From: Podarcis vaucheri
Taxonomy: Eukaryota
NCBI GenBank assembly: GCA_965113315.1
Contig: OZ220365.1
Strand: one strand, 5' to 3'
Length of the DNA: 64,000 nucleotides
Shown: positions 48,391-62,704 of the stretch, piece by piece
Numbering within the stretch: the stretch's first letter is position 1
How the letters are laid out: each line of letters begins with the position of its first letter
Made by a program: the position numbers and the translations under genes
Notes under the pieces: model-generated
The model's input: the letters and a program-made list of their open reading frames with translations, nothing else
Told to the model about the DNA's origin: nothing
Database searches by the model: none

Positions 48391-49390
48391 CTAATTTCAG
48401 TGAAATTCAGTACCATCTAGTTCGATTATGCATTCCTGGGTTTTGTATGAATTCTATATTTTGATGTTTCCATTGCGCATGGCTGGGCGGCTTGTGGCCC
48501 TACCAATATTGCTGGACTCCAGCCAGTAGGGAAGATGGGAGTTGAAATCAAATATCTGGAGGGCTATGGGTTTGCTACTTCTGCCATATTGCATTCCTAT
48601 TTTCTGAGGTGGAAGCCCTCCTGAGGCACTACTCACATGAAAGGGACAAACAAGGTGGAAGGAGCTGAGGGGGCCACATGTTAGTCACATTCCTGAAGTT
48701 GCATGACTTTTCTCAACCCTGATGGGGCAAAACTTCTGAAGTAGGGAGTCTGCTCTCTGTTCCCCATGCAGGAGGAGCCACACAAGTTTGGAGAGCTAAA
48801 TATACTTCCTTTCACCATAACTGCCCTTTCATAAGAACAAGGCCTGAAGCTGACTATAGTGAACATTTTCTTCCAGCTAAGGCTGTCCAAGGCCTTTTCA
48901 TGTCAATATAAGGGTTATTCCAAAGTCCTGGTGTAATCTAAGTCCAAAACAGTTTCACACTTTTCTTTTTGTTTCCTTGTTACACATTTGACCCTCACCC
49001 ATTTGATAAATTTTATTTTATTCTGATCCCTTATTTAATTGTCTTTCATTAGTATTTTTGAACCACCTAATGAATCAGTCTGTTGTCCATAAATACTTCT
49101 GGTATAAGTTTGGATCTGTAATTAACTTTGCATCTTACCAGATAGAAATTACATTTTGGCTCCTAAAGTAATCAGCATGCCAGTGTATCTTAATCTATAT
49201 TATTCAGTAATTTTGTGGGATCTAATTGGAAATGAATAGAGATATCATCAAATCTAAACTCCCATCATGGGAACATAATTAATTATACTTGAATCAGTAT
49301 TGGAAGTTATTCACATTTTCCCAGTTATATGCTCCTTTATGAATTTTTCACCTTTGCTCAATTTTTTAATTTCACCCACAAAACACTTAC

Positions 49391-49496
49391 CTTATCAAGC
49401 TCAGCAGAAAGCTTTTTGTTCTCCTCTGTCAAGAGAATCTTCTCCCGTTCATATTTCTGTTTGAACTCTGTTTCAAATTCTTCTCTTTCACTTTGG
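49391..49496 (-). CDS. CDC42BPA: Coiled-coil exon (QSEREEFETEFKQKYEREKILLTEENKKLSAELDK)
   Basis: tcccttag/gtaagt, 106 nt, phase 2-0. Confidence 0.96.
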
Positions 49497-52400
49497 CTAA
49501 GGGATAATACAAAATGCAATAAATCATTAGCATATATGGAAAATAGTACAAATATATGCTTCAGCAGAAATCTTGCAGAACATTAAGGACTGACATATAC
49601 AGTAACTAAGAAAATATTATACAGTAATCTGCACATCTGCACTGAAACTGGAATAACATGATTATCTGTTTTGCCTCAGGACAACAAGACAATGTGTTCT
49701 GTGTTAGGAGTACGAATTAACCTCTCTTTAATGTGGGACACCAGAGTCCCAGTTAGCAGGCATTTGTCATTCTATTGTAAAAAATACTTAACCTTGACCT
49801 CTTATTCATTGTCCAAATACAACATATTGGATGAAACCAGTGAAAGCAATGGAACGAGTTAAAGTTGCATTAATTTTTGAAGGAAATCAGGCAGGGCTGG
49901 AGTTCTCTGGATGACACCCAATCTTGCTTTAATGCTGTGAGAAGGTTTCCACGAATCTCAAACAGTCATAGTTAAGAGTAAACATTATGATTCAATATCC
50001 TTATTCATTTTTACAACCCTTTGCAATTCTGAAGCTAGTGAAAGAAAGAGTTGCCATATATGGTGCCCGGAACTGCAAAACTCCCATGCATGAAGATTCT
50101 CATTAGGTTAATAGAATGGTCCTAATTATGACAAAATCTAATACCTGAAAACATCCATGTGTCAATTTACCAGATATAAAATAAGCCAAGTACTTTCTAA
50201 ACATCACCACATGTAACAAATGTACAGTTACCAGATTGGAGAATCCTACAAATGAAAACAAGACACATACAGCCCTCCCTAAAGTCCTGTCCTGGCCAAA
50301 CACATTGCTAGAGAAGAAAAATGGGAGAGCAAAGAGCAGAATGGGGAAGCGGTCCCCAAACTGGCACAAAGATGAGCATGAGCCACTGACTTTAATTCCA
50401 AAATCTGTAATTGGGAAGTTTATGGAAGGGAATTTGCCCTCCTCCCAGTACCTCCCAGGAAGGCTCTCCAGGATGTGTGCTGGGCCTCCAGCGCCGAGAA
50501 GAATGAGACTTTTCAGGGGTCACAGAGGTCTAAAGTGGGAGGAGGCATAGGACTTAGAATGCCGAAAGGTGCTAACACCAAGTAAGGCCGTTGGTTCTAT
50601 ACTGTCCACACTGACCAGAAGCAGCTCTCCAGGGTTTCGAGCAGGAGTCCTTCCCAGCCCAACCAGAAACCTCTGCATGCAGATCTGCATGTACTTTAAT
50701 TTAACTGCAAACCGAATAACTCTCAAGATGACCAAGAGCAGCAAATCATGGGATCCCCAATTTAAAATCTTTATCCATTTGGATCCCTAGTTTGTTTTAT
50801 ATATTTCAAAATATTATGACTTTTCTATGTGGCCTACTATTTTATCACTCTACATTTATTGAAGTATGCCATATAATAGATGTTGAAAGCCTGCTAGAAT
50901 CAGTAGGCCTTAAACGCCCATCATAAAGCAAGTCAAGAAGGAGCATGCTGGGTTTCCCTGGTAAAACAGGGGATGCTTCTCCATCATATCTTTAACATCT
51001 AGTTAGTATAACCATGGTAGATTTCATTGTGGATGTAATGCTTAACCAGACCTGAGGGCAATGGATCAAGGGAGAGGGAATGCTCAGTAATACACTCTAT
51101 TTCTAATCTTTCACCATGGTTAAGAGATTTCAGTCATACTGGCCTGCCTTTCACATCAGGCTAAGTCAAACCATTGCTTAAAGTGAATGAGCAGGCATGT
51201 GGATCAATATGGCTAATATGACCCAATACGCCCACTCACACATACAAACAAACAAACCACACTGCAACCAACCCAACGTACCAACCTCTCATCTCTCAAC
51301 ATACATACATACATGGCCTACTCACATCATGCTGACAAAAAAACCTTGCACAAACAATATACAACAGAAAGAAGGATCAGTATCCCCCTTTTCCCCGATC
51401 GCGTAATGTCTACGACAGCAGTGTCTCACACCAAATGTAACTGAACTGTGAAAAAGATTCTATGAATTGAAAACAGAGACACTATATGTATTCTTGTTAT
51501 ACAAGTAAATCTGTAATAAAGAACTTCAGTTATAGCCCATGGTTTGTATGGACAGAACTAAGTTTTTCCTATAGTTGCCCATTTGTGGTCTGTATTGAGA
51601 GAGCTAAAACATGAACCTGGGTTCAGATGACACACTAAGCTTAGATCAGCGAAGTGCAGCACTAGAACGACGAAGAAGGAACAATGCAGATCCAATATTT
51701 CTAGGATCCTGCATGTTTGCTTATTTGTGCTAAGCTATCGTTTGGCTTAGTGTTACATGTGAATGAGGGCTATGTTGGTACAATGTCTTGGTGATAGAAT
51801 TTAGTCAATATTTCTTGCAGTTCAGCAAAACTAGCCACCAATGTTTATCAGCCAGCATTTGAGCCATGACAATAGTACTCAGTAAGAGTATTTTTGGTTT
51901 GAATTTCCTATTTCTAATTTGAAATTCATTTACTGTTTCAATAAGACTTTGAAATATAGCACAGGAATATCAGACCCAGCTCTGAATTTGTGTGTTGCTA
52001 GGCATCATTTGAAACATAACACTTCATTCTAACAATGTAGCATATTAATCACTACTGTTTAAACTCTAATTCTGTAATCCAACACCACCCATCCCTCTCC
52101 CCAACCAACAGATTCCATGCATATGAAGAACAATCTGGGAGAAAGCCAAAAAAGATTAAAGCATTAACTATCAGGGGAATGGATAATGGGTCTCACAGCT
52201 ATGTGGGAGACATGGGTTTAAGGCTAACTTCTCAGACAACAGGTCAGAGTCTTTAATTAAGCATTTGGTTGCATTTTTGTCTTAGTTTATATGCACTTAG
52301 TACTTTTTGTGCTTCTAGTATTGGTGGTTTCATTCACAGCTTGTGAAGTAGCTTTAAATTTGCATCTGATGCAATATGAGACGATGGGGAAAACGCAGTA

Positions 52401-55099
52401 TGAAGCTTTTATGTTAAACCACTTTGGTGGTAGCCTTAGAAATCTGATGTGCTGCGAGTCTCAGCTGAGACTGCAGTGGAAAACAGCTCTCCTGAAAGAA
52501 ACAAGACCAGTAAATAATGGAACACAGGGAAAAGTCAGAGGTAGTTTAGAATGCTAGCTCAGAGCTAAGCAAACATAAACTTTAGAGCCACAGTGAAGAG
52601 TATTTGTTCTTTCTAGTCTCTGAAACACTTCTCCTCTGTCCATACACTTCAGTTGTCTTTTGGCTCAAGAACTGTAGAAAATGTGAAGCAGAAACCAGAG
52701 CGTGGTTAAATATTTCAGACTGCAGTCAAAGCACACTATGGTCTCATTGGGCCTTACCTGTACATAACCATTCATAGGATCAGGCTCCAAGTATCACAAA
52801 AATCAGTGGAAATTTAAACACGCATACTAAGTTGCACCAGTGAATGTGTACTAGGTCGATACTTTGTAAAAAAAAGGGGGAAAACAGTAAGTTCCAGTTC
52901 TATATATATTTATGAGATGTTACATGTTCAGGCATTGTCTGAACACATAAACTCTGCATCCATGGATGGGGAAATGCACATTTGTGCATTCAAACAAATG
53001 CCTGAACATGCCTATGGTGTCATCATTTAAAGATATATTTTCACAGTGGAAGGAGAATACAGATGATGTCCTTTTGTAATTCTGAAATAATGATGCGTAA
53101 AACTGATCAGTACTCCCCTTGCAGTGTATTCAGTTTTTAAAAGAATACTCAAAATTGTTCTAGGCACTCCTTGGAAATATCAGTAGATGTCACCATGCAC
53201 ATGTGAGGCAGTCCTTTGTTTTTAAATGAAGGCTAAGTTAAGCAGGGTAACCAATATAATAAAAATTCATAAACTCAAAACAAGGTAGGCTATGATGCAT
53301 GAAACTGCCAATATTTTAGTGACTCCCCCTGGGAACATAAACTGGAACATAAATAGGCTTTTTCAATACATTTTCGAATCAACAGGAAAGCAACAATCTA
53401 ACTGACTTGCTTTAGTTCCTTGCAAAACCATGGAATAAGATGAAATAAAAGTACTCCTGCTCATTCACTGAGGTATTCAACTTGTTTTTTGAAAGAATTT
53501 AAAATTAGTGTTGTCACACAGCCTATACTGCCTACATGTTATTTTGATAAAGGGCATTTTTGGCATATTGTTTTGTTTCCTATTTCTCACAATGACCCCA
53601 TTTGGCAATTTTATCTCACATGCTTCCCGACTTCTTTTACGTAACTTCCTTTCCACTCTTTATATTGCCCAAGAAGGTTTTTCAAAAAAGCACACTATAA
53701 AAAGCCCTAACATACAATTATAAAATCACAATAGTACGTTTGGAACAGAACTAAAATAGCAAAACAGAACAGCAGCAGAAACCACAACCCAACCCATTGA
53801 GAATATGAACTGCAACATCCTTTAACATTAAAGGCACCTCAAAGAGTAAGGGAAAAACTAGAGAAAGGCCAGTAGCTAGGTTGATGCCAACTACTCTAGT
53901 GTTGCTTCCACATCTAAGGTATATTAACTAGTGCAGGTGTTGATTGTCTACATGCAGTGGGATAGTGGAATCAAGCTGCAAACCCACCTGACATCTACAA
54001 GCTGGAAGTCTCAATCAAAAGTAGCCCACGTGCATGTAATGCAGTACACGCAGGTCTGATCTAGACCCCTGCAAACTGGGAGGATTACACCTGCACATGT
54101 CAACTCCATGCATATAGGCCTCTATTTAAACACAACCTCAAATCCCAAGGGCAAGGTCTGAGGGCACAATCTCAAACCTCCACTGAAGGTAGAGACTGTT
54201 TGCACAGGGCTTAAATGAGCAATGAAAAGAGTTGCTAATAACCTTTGCAGCTTCTTTTCCAGAAATGGGTTGTGTGAGGTACACGTGTGGCATAAAGCTT
54301 TTATCATTTCCTTGCTTGGAAATGCTTACATAACTCATTCATGGCTTTGACAATCATGGGCAGGCAATACAGCTAATAAAACTATTCTATCACATTCATC
54401 ACATCAAAATGTAGCTCTGACAACTATTTGTTTTATGGTTTTCAGGTGTGTGTGCTTTAAAAAATATATACTGAAGCACGTTTTGTCTTTTTCAGTAATT
54501 CAGCTTGATTTCACCTAAGACCCACAGATGCTTCACCTATTCCTTCAGTCCTATTATTCAATATTACAGTACCAAAGCAGCCTTATTCATATTTGTTTAT
54601 GAAATAAAAACAAGTGAATGAAGAATGATTTGCCTTTTAACACAATGATGTTTTCTTAAGTACTACTTGCTTTATGACTTTTCAGGTTGGTGGTAATAGA
54701 TTCAAACTACTGAATTCCAAATGTCTTACTAAAGCTATCTATTTTGATTTTTAATGCCTGACCTACTGCAGGAATTTTAAGGCTGCCATAGAAAAAATTC
54801 AGCAAGGGGAATGGTTTATGTTATATGGAGCAGAAATATTCTTAAATGAGGGAACACCAACCCCACATTGTTTGTGTGGGGGGACACCTAAATTGTGAAG
54901 AGAATGTTATGTCCTAAAACAGTAGGGAATGTATGGTCCCCAGGTGTTGCTCAACCACAACTCTCATTGGTCACAACTATAATGGCCTATGGTCAGGTCA
55001 GGGTTGATGGGAGTTATAGTCCAACTACTTCAAGAGGGTCACAGGTTTCCATCCCCACCTGTAGTTGTATCAGGTTATCTAAAAGAGAATAAAGCATGA

Positions 55100-55124
55100 A
55101 ACACACACACACACACACACACAC
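55100..55124. repeat. (AC)n microsatellite
   Basis: Direct reading. Confidence 0.9.
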
Positions 55125-57511
55125 CCCTCTGATACTTTTATCATCTTCTGCACCTCAATGGTAAACGAGAAACTGCAGTTGTACCATGCATGGGGAAACT
55201 CAAGGATCCTACATTTTCCATGTAGGTATTTCAGAACCCTAAATACATATAAATTATCGAGATAGCCCATCACAAATGTCTACTCATACCTTGCTACATC
55301 TGGAAGTGGGAAAGGATGAGCCAATTGTTTCAACTCTCAAGTCCGCTCTACTGACCCATACACCAAACATTTTCATGAAATGACAGAAGGAACCTGTGTA
55401 ACATAGGGGAATGCTAGCAGATGAAACAGGGGACAGTTGTGTGGCCGTTAATGTAGCAGCCTCATCTGGTTTTTGAAAGCAAGCTACAGCCCTTTTACAA
55501 TTTGCAAAGCTACAATTAGATCAACAGGAAAGGGCTCAGTTGATGCTTTTAGCAACAGCTCTCACACATGTCTCCCCCAAAAAAGTCAAAGGAAGAAAAT
55601 AATGATAAAACTCGAGCCAGGTGGGTGGGTAGCTTACTATGTTAATAGTATCTTCAAAACCTCACAAAAGAAAATTGCATGGCAGTGCACCATATTTTCC
55701 TGAAAAGGGAGCAGCTATCCTGCAAGTTTCTTATTTTCATTCACAGAAAAAGGAAAACACACGTCTGCTTACCAGTACCATCTTACGTAATCTTTTTACT
55801 GTGCCCTGAAAGCAAGTGACACACATAAAGTTGCAGCTTATCATTATATTTAGTTTCCTGCTTGGGTACTGCACTGATCTTTATTTTTGTCCTTCTGATC
55901 ATCTTTGGGCTACACCTTTTAAAACCCGGGAATCTCCTGTTAATATGAGGCAACGGTAGCATACAATTATAAGATACTTGAACATTTTATGAGCCAGTAA
56001 GTTTGTTACTGATAAATACAACTGAGGGGCATTCTCAGCGCCACTTCTTTCTACCATGGTAGAGAGAGAAAACAAACCATCCTGTCAGAACAGATAAAGA
56101 AGGCTTGTGTCTAGAGTGGATTGATGACGAATGTTAGCACTGGATGAAATCTGGAGCAGAAAAGCCTCGAGACACCTTAAGTGACACTTCTTGTGCTAGC
56201 AGATATAAGCAGTACCTTAACTCTGACATATTACTTGTTCACGTCAAAGACAAGCAATGCATTTGAGAGGGCTAGAGGAGAGAAAAAGCAAAGCAAAACA
56301 ACAAAGCAGATTTACAACTTTGGGACCTCCTGGTTGTGTCAATGTTCATAACTCCAGTATACAGAGTTTGAACAAAGAGGCCAGGCATTTTAAGAATTCT
56401 CACCATGTGAAATGAATCACTCAAGAGGGCAAAATGCAAGATTCTACCTGGCCTCTCAATTCTAACCTGCATTTCTCTTGATCTGAAAAAGAAGTAAAGT
56501 GCTGCTCACCTCCTCACCTCCACCAATTTTCTCACTTTCTGAAGCAGATTGTGCTGCAGGTCAATGGGAAACTATATACTTAATGAGGTGGGTTCTTTAC
56601 TTTCTCAAGTTTCCCTTATCCAACTGCCTCATAAAGCAAGCTCTGTATCATTCCAGTGGATTATGATATGTTGAGATGGGTGGGAATACATAGACTGTGT
56701 TATTATTTCACCGAAAATTAAATAATAAAGGATCCCTCTCCCATTTACTTTGAGCAATCTGAGCTCAAACAAAGAACAGGCACCAGCGATCATGAACAAA
56801 TATGTATACTGAGTAACAACATATGTACAGAGTAAACATACAGTCTTATATGAATGAAGACACCTGCATAAATGTTTCTGTGCAGTGCATCACTGAAGAA
56901 CCAGCAAGTACAGGGTATTGGGACCCGGCAAACCTGTGCCCAGGGAAATATGTTTTCAACTCCATATTTCAGTCATGTGATACAATGAGTGAAATGTCAG
57001 CTTCAACCATCTCACTATGTCATTGTGAGAATGTAATGAAATGATTCCATGTACATCATGCAGATGTAACTAATATATATCAAAACTTGCCTGCTGCAAC
57101 ACGTGAAGGACAAACAATGGAGATTGTTTAGGAACACTATCCATCAAAATAGTACTGCCACTCTAATATAAAGCTTAGGCTCAAGCCACCAGTTTTAATT
57201 ACTTATCAATTACTTATTCCTCCTAATGTTTAGTTGGAAATAGTTTCTACCAGGTTTGCTTAGTACTGCAGGTTAGGTACACTTCAGAATCTAAAATAGA
57301 CTTTTTGTTGCCTCAAAGTTAAACAAAGTTGAACATTTACATACAGTCAGTGTAAGTATGGTGAAGTACCACATATCCTGAATGTAACTATTGTATCTGA
57401 TTTGCCACAGTGGCATCGGTTTTGCAAAAATCTTGCAGAGATTCATGCACAGACATTGGGTTTGGCAAATGGACATGTAATCAAGCAGCAAAATAACTGG
57501 ATTATGCATAC

Positions 57512-57759
57512 CTTTCTCTCCTTGTCTTTTCTAACTTGTCTTTCAAGATTAGGATCTCTTTTTTGAGAGCAAGTTGTTGGCTTTCTGCATCACGCAGTTC
57601 CTTCTTCAAATTTTTTATTTCATTACAATGTATTAGTTCTCGTTTAGATATCTCTTCTTCATAAAAAACGCTTTTCTTCTCCAAGTCAGATTTTAATTTT
57701 GTGATCTCTTGTTGATGTTCTGTGCTGCTCACCCCTGGGGAGCGACCAATTTGTTTTTG
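57512..57759 (-). CDS. CDC42BPA: Coiled-coil exon ([29 protein letters not shown]...[10 protein letters not shown])
   Basis: ttttaatag/gtatgc, 248 nt, phase 0-2. Confidence 0.96.
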
Positions 57760-58544
57760 CTATTAAAAAAAAGGGGACATCTCATAATTAGCTTCCATGA
57801 TTAGTCTTCATTGCAGAACTATGAAAGTATGAGCTTAGAAATACCTCAATCTAGTGGGGGGGGGGGAGAGAGAGAAACACATTTAAGTGAAAGTACAACT
57901 AACTGTAATTACATTTTACATCAATATCCAAGTTGTTTTGAAATCAATGTCAAACTAACAATCAGCAAAGACACCCTATACTGTATCGTATCAAGCAATA
58001 GATTGGTAAACGTAACATGATCCGTGGGCTTTAACAGTATTGCAGTGAAAACCTATGCATATATACCCAGAAGTGAACCCCACAGCATTTAATGGGTCAT
58101 ACTCTTAAGGAAAGCATTCATATGAGTGAAGCCTTAATTGTCTCCTGTCATTTCAGCATTCTGTTCAAGTACAGATTGAAAACACTAACAATTTTTTAAA
58201 AAAAGCACACTGAATTTCTTATATTTAAAAGCACAATTCTACTTCAGGATATGCTTTTCTGCCTGACAATATATAAATGGCTGTAGATGGCATACCAGCC
58301 AAAGCTGGTAAAAGGTGCTCCAAGCCATGACTACTACTTGGGTCTCCCTCCTCTTTCAGAGTGAGTGTAGCCTCATCCAGTCAGGAAACTGGTCTATCTC
58401 CCAGACACAAGAACCTCTCACCCACAGGGTCTCCAGCTTAACAGGGTTTGTTTCACTGGCCCTTATCTAGCCACTGTGTCCAGGCATCAGTTCTCAGCAT
58501 GCCTGGCCACTCCCAATTCAGGTGTTACGGATGACAATTCACTC

Positions 58545-59570
58545 CAAACAAGGCCTACTCTCAATAGCTTCATATAGATGTTAAATAGCATTGGGGACAG
58601 AATTATGTCCTGTGGAACCCCAAAGCAAGGAACTTGAGAAGCACCCCCCCTAATGCTACTTTTTGGAATTGACCCTGCAGATAGGAACAGAACCACAGAA
58701 ACACAGGGGCACTGATATAAATCCAATACAGTTGATCCATGAGCATACCACAGTCAGTGGTGTCACGAAGGTGATATGTGGAAGGAGCAAGGTTGCACTC
58801 CGCTTGTCCCTCTTTTGATAAAAGTGGCAATGAAAGCCCATTCAGTCCCCCAATGAGGCCTGAACTCAAGACTGAAACGGATCCAGATAAACCATTATTA
58901 TGGAACTATGTCTGCAGTCACCACATCACAACCCTCTAAAGCACATTCACCCCAAAAAGGCTTATTTGTGGCCAGGGAGTAATTATTACTGGGTCCAGAA
59001 CCCATAATTATTATTACTGGGTCCAGAACAGTCTTTCTTAGGGGAGGCATACTACTGCCTCATCAACTGCAGTCATCATGACTGCATGCAATGGTACTGT
59101 CACCTACAGCCCCTAGGCTAGCTTTAAGTAGCCATGAATGGTATGGGTAGAGTGGGCATGTCATCAGTTGTAAAGATGCAAGTTCCTTGTCCACGTCATC
59201 AAGCCGCATCAACTGAAACTGATCCCACAAAACTGACCTAGGTGTGGCACAGGATGCCTCAATGGGGACAGCATGATAATGGCATCAAGATAGTGAAGGT
59301 GGCTGATTTTGCTTGCCAAATAGGTTATAACAGGCCTGATAAGACAGGTGTTAATGACAGCTCTGCTGTGCGGCTATCTGAGGATGCAGCAGAGGCAGCA
59401 AAATACGCATTCTCCACTGCCTGCACTGCCATGTTGTATGTACGATTATATGCTCTAACCTCTCTTCGGCCACCTTTGGAGTGAGACAGTCGCAATCTGC
59501 ACTCTGGTCGTTATCTGGCCTGTTTCATTGACTACAGTTCCCATAAATACCAAAGAGAAGCATGGAATCT
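58545..59570 (-). mobile_element. L2 ORF2 internal fragments (RT region, degenerate, internally deleted)
   Basis: GVPQDIILSPMLFNIYMKLL (RT motif GVPQGS.LSP.LFNIY) and LWDQFQLMRLDDVDKEL at about 59185-59235. Confidence 0.8.
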
Positions 59571-60008
59571 GTAATGTCAGAGAGGACACTCAGAAATTAT
59601 CATGTCCATGGTCCACCTCATCTTGCCATCCCATAGCAAGACAAAGTTCCCAACAAAATCCCCTGTTTGATCCACTGGAAAATGGCTTTCCATTAGTCTC
59701 TAAATGCACACTATTCTAGTTACAACTGGGAAACTTTGCATTAGAAGAAACAAACTAGTAACATTTCTTGGGATTCTCTAACCTTTCATATTACATGTAA
59801 ATGAGGTAATTGAGGAAAAGAGTTTGTACTAATGTGCTGGAAGTACATTGAAGCAAGCATTCAAAAGTTTTTGTTTTTCCCTCCATAACTAGATACAATA
59901 ATATACACTACTAACTTGCATTCCTCTTTATTCTGTGTCTGACAGTGATCTATCAGATCTAATATGTGGCTATTCCATTTTAAAATGATGAAGTTAACAA
60001 AGACTGAC

Positions 60009-60119
60009 CTTTAGTCCTTCTAACTCATTTTCCAGCTGCTTAGAGTACTGCTCACTTCGCTCACGCAATTTCCTGTCCTTGGATGCCTCAGCAGCTGCAG
60101 CTTCAGCATGAACTTCCAG
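60009..60119 (-). CDS. CDC42BPA: Coiled-coil exon (LEVHAEAAAAEASKDRKLRERSEQYSKQLENELEGLK)
   Basis: tttttgtag/gtcagt, 111 nt, phase 0-0. Confidence 0.96.
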
Positions 60120-60655
60120 CTACAAAAATATTTTTTTAAAAATCATAACCACTGTTTTGAACGTTGGTTTCTTTTATAATGCACAGAAAAAGAACTCATG
60201 TTTCTTAGTATTCTGTCCTCAACTGTGACCTGTTTCGGATGGTTAGGCAGAAGCCAAGGGCAATGAACTTCCCAAACCACCCTGACTTTCAGTAAGTCCC
60301 GCTGACATCAGCTGGAATAAGGGTGCTTAGATTGTACACTAACAGTTCTATACATGTCTACTCACTGAACTCCCACTAAGTTCAATGAAGCTTACTCAGG
60401 TAAGTAGGTAAGCAACTGCAGTGTATTATTCATTCCTATTTTTAGCCTCCAACTTCTGGAAAGGAGTCATATTACAATGCAGCTGTGTTGTCTAGCAATC
60501 TTCACTCAGAGCTGCAAATACTTCTATTCTCTGTTATTAAATAATAATCGTTTTGTTGTTTTGCCATTATATACAAAAGCATGGCTAATTCATTTACATA
60601 CATCAATAATTAAATATTAATAATAAATAGTAAAACAGATCATATAATCAGACAC

Positions 60656-60745
60656 GCTGCAATCCTATACACATTTACCTGAGTACAAGTCTCACTGGAC
60701 TAAATAAGGCTTACATCTAAGTAAACATGTATATGATTGCACTCT
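60656..60745. mobile_element. ~90-bp imperfect-palindromic dispersed repeat (relatives at about 24385-24460, 39230-39318, 58040-58135, 60340-60422)
   Basis: Ends gctgcaatcctatacacatttac ... gtaaacatgtatatgattgcact are inverted. The core recurs several times in the window. Confidence 0.6.
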
Positions 60746-61351
60746 TAAAATTGTAAGCGAATATTGTATCTATTCACAACAGATAAAAGGGATTCCTGAT
60801 ACCTGACTTTATTCTGTATTTTTTTCACAAAATGGAATAAAAAGCATTGATACATTATCAGTATTCCATTAAATAAATGTGTAAGCGAAATAACCTCTGC
60901 TTGTGCAACAAGACATCCCCCCCCACCCCCAACACCATGACCGCATCTGCTCTGGAGGTTTGGGGAAAAACCCGGAAGAAATTTAGGGGGCATGGGGAGG
61001 GGGAAGCAGTGAGAGAAGTATTGTTACACAAGCAGAAGTCATTCTGCTCATGCAAAGTGCTACTTAGCACTATATTGAATGCAACCCTTCATCTTCCCTC
61101 CATTAACGTTGCCTAGCTTGCAAATTTATACTGAGATACTCAATTTTTTAAAAAATCTTCCAGACTTTATAAAGCCAGACTGAAAAAAATGAAACACTCT
61201 GAAAATATACTGAAGCTACTGCAGAGAATTACAAACAAATAGCAAAAGTAAATTATTTGTCAACTATTATTCCATGTCAACAAAATTCACTGGGAAATAG
61301 GCTTTATTTTGGTCAACCTTCCTTGTAGTTACTATCCCAAAAGTGACTTAC

Positions 61352-61594
61352 TTCCTTTTTCATTCTGTCTGTTCTGCGTAGGTCTTGCCTCAAGCTTTCT
61401 ACTTTTTGCATCACCACTTCCATCTCTTCTTCCTTATCTCTGACTTGACGAGTAAGTTTCTGTTTTTGTGAATGCAAGTCAGTAAGACGCTCATTCATCT
61501 CAGAGAATTCTTGCATAGCCAGTTTCCGTTGGCTGTGTGCATCTTTCAGCTCTTTGGTTTGGGCCTTTAATCTTTCACTAGACTCAATTAGTTC
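61352..61594 (-). CDS. CDC42BPA: Coiled-coil exon ([37 protein letters not shown]...DRMKKE)
   Basis: gactgcag/gtaagt, 243 nt, phase 0-0. Confidence 0.97.
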
Positions 61595-62570
61595 CTGCAG
61601 TCAAAAGCAAAAGATAAAATATCTATGAATTTTAGAATTCTGCCACTAGATGGGCTGCAGAATTAATATAAACAAGTATCAGTTGCCCACTTCCCACCCC
61701 CAAACAAGAAATTCTGTAAAGAATCTTTAACAAGTGTTTTAACAAGCAAAAAAGGTTCCACAAAAATGCTAGCATTCATTGGAACTTCATAACCAAATTT
61801 GAATTGGTTATGATTGGTTATAATTCAGCTAATTATATGTAGCTATGGCCAAAGTCAAACCTTTCCAGCACTAGCTCACTTTCACACTCCTATCTTAGTC
61901 TCTATCTTGTCTTTAACTGCTAGTTTGGAAAAACTGACTCTCAAAGACAGATTATATTGGCAGGACCAGTCACCACCCTCTTTTGTCATGGAAATTAATA
62001 TAGCCTTGTCTTCTTTGCTCTGGGCTAAGGAGATCATGGATGTGCCAGATCACAAGATCTACTGCTTCCTAATTCAATCAGGTGAAACACCCTGCCACTC
62101 ATTAACGGGGCCCTTATACCAACTAACTAAACCGAAGATGGAATACCTGCACCTTTGATCCAAAGCAAATTTCCTATCACTCATCATGCTGTACTTCTGT
62201 TGATTTGGTTAGATGTGCTCATTTATGAGGTTGCTCTATCAGACCCACAGCAACCTGTCCTCTGGCAAGAATAGAACCAGGACTGCTATGGGAAGAGGTT
62301 CTCCTGGCATTAGAGCAAATCCCCACTCCCTCCCAGTTGTTTATGTACCAGAAGGTATTACTTCATGAGCACACATTTGGCAAGGCTAACAACGCTCTTT
62401 AAATAATAACCATTTCATAAATAGCATTCAGATTGATATGTTTATACAGTGTAATATTTTCCCCCTGTATACGTATGTTAAGACCATTTAAATCTCAAGT
62501 AAAGTGTTCCTCAAGTGCAGTGGGTGCAAGCATGGTCTTTAAATAAAAGCACAGATGAAATCATTTTTAC

Positions 62571-62704
62571 CTTATTAAGATCATCCCTTTCTTGCTTTAG
62601 TGCTTTGATTTGCTTCTCAAATGTTTTGATGTGTCTGGAAGCATCTTCTAATTCTCGCCTTGCAGAACTGGCCTCTTCAAGCTGCTGCTCCAGTCGTCCA
62701 GAAT
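62571..62704 (-). CDS. CDC42BPA: Coiled-coil exon (SGRLEQQLEEASSARRELEDASRHIKTFEKQIKALKQERDDLNK)
   Basis: tttcctag/gtaaaa, 134 nt, phase 1-0. Confidence 0.95.

Noticed and set aside
57727-57735. Internal donor-like GGG|GTGAGC inside the 248-nt exon
   Set aside because: Use would give a phase-0 exit into a phase-2 exon (frameshift), and there is no evidence of use.
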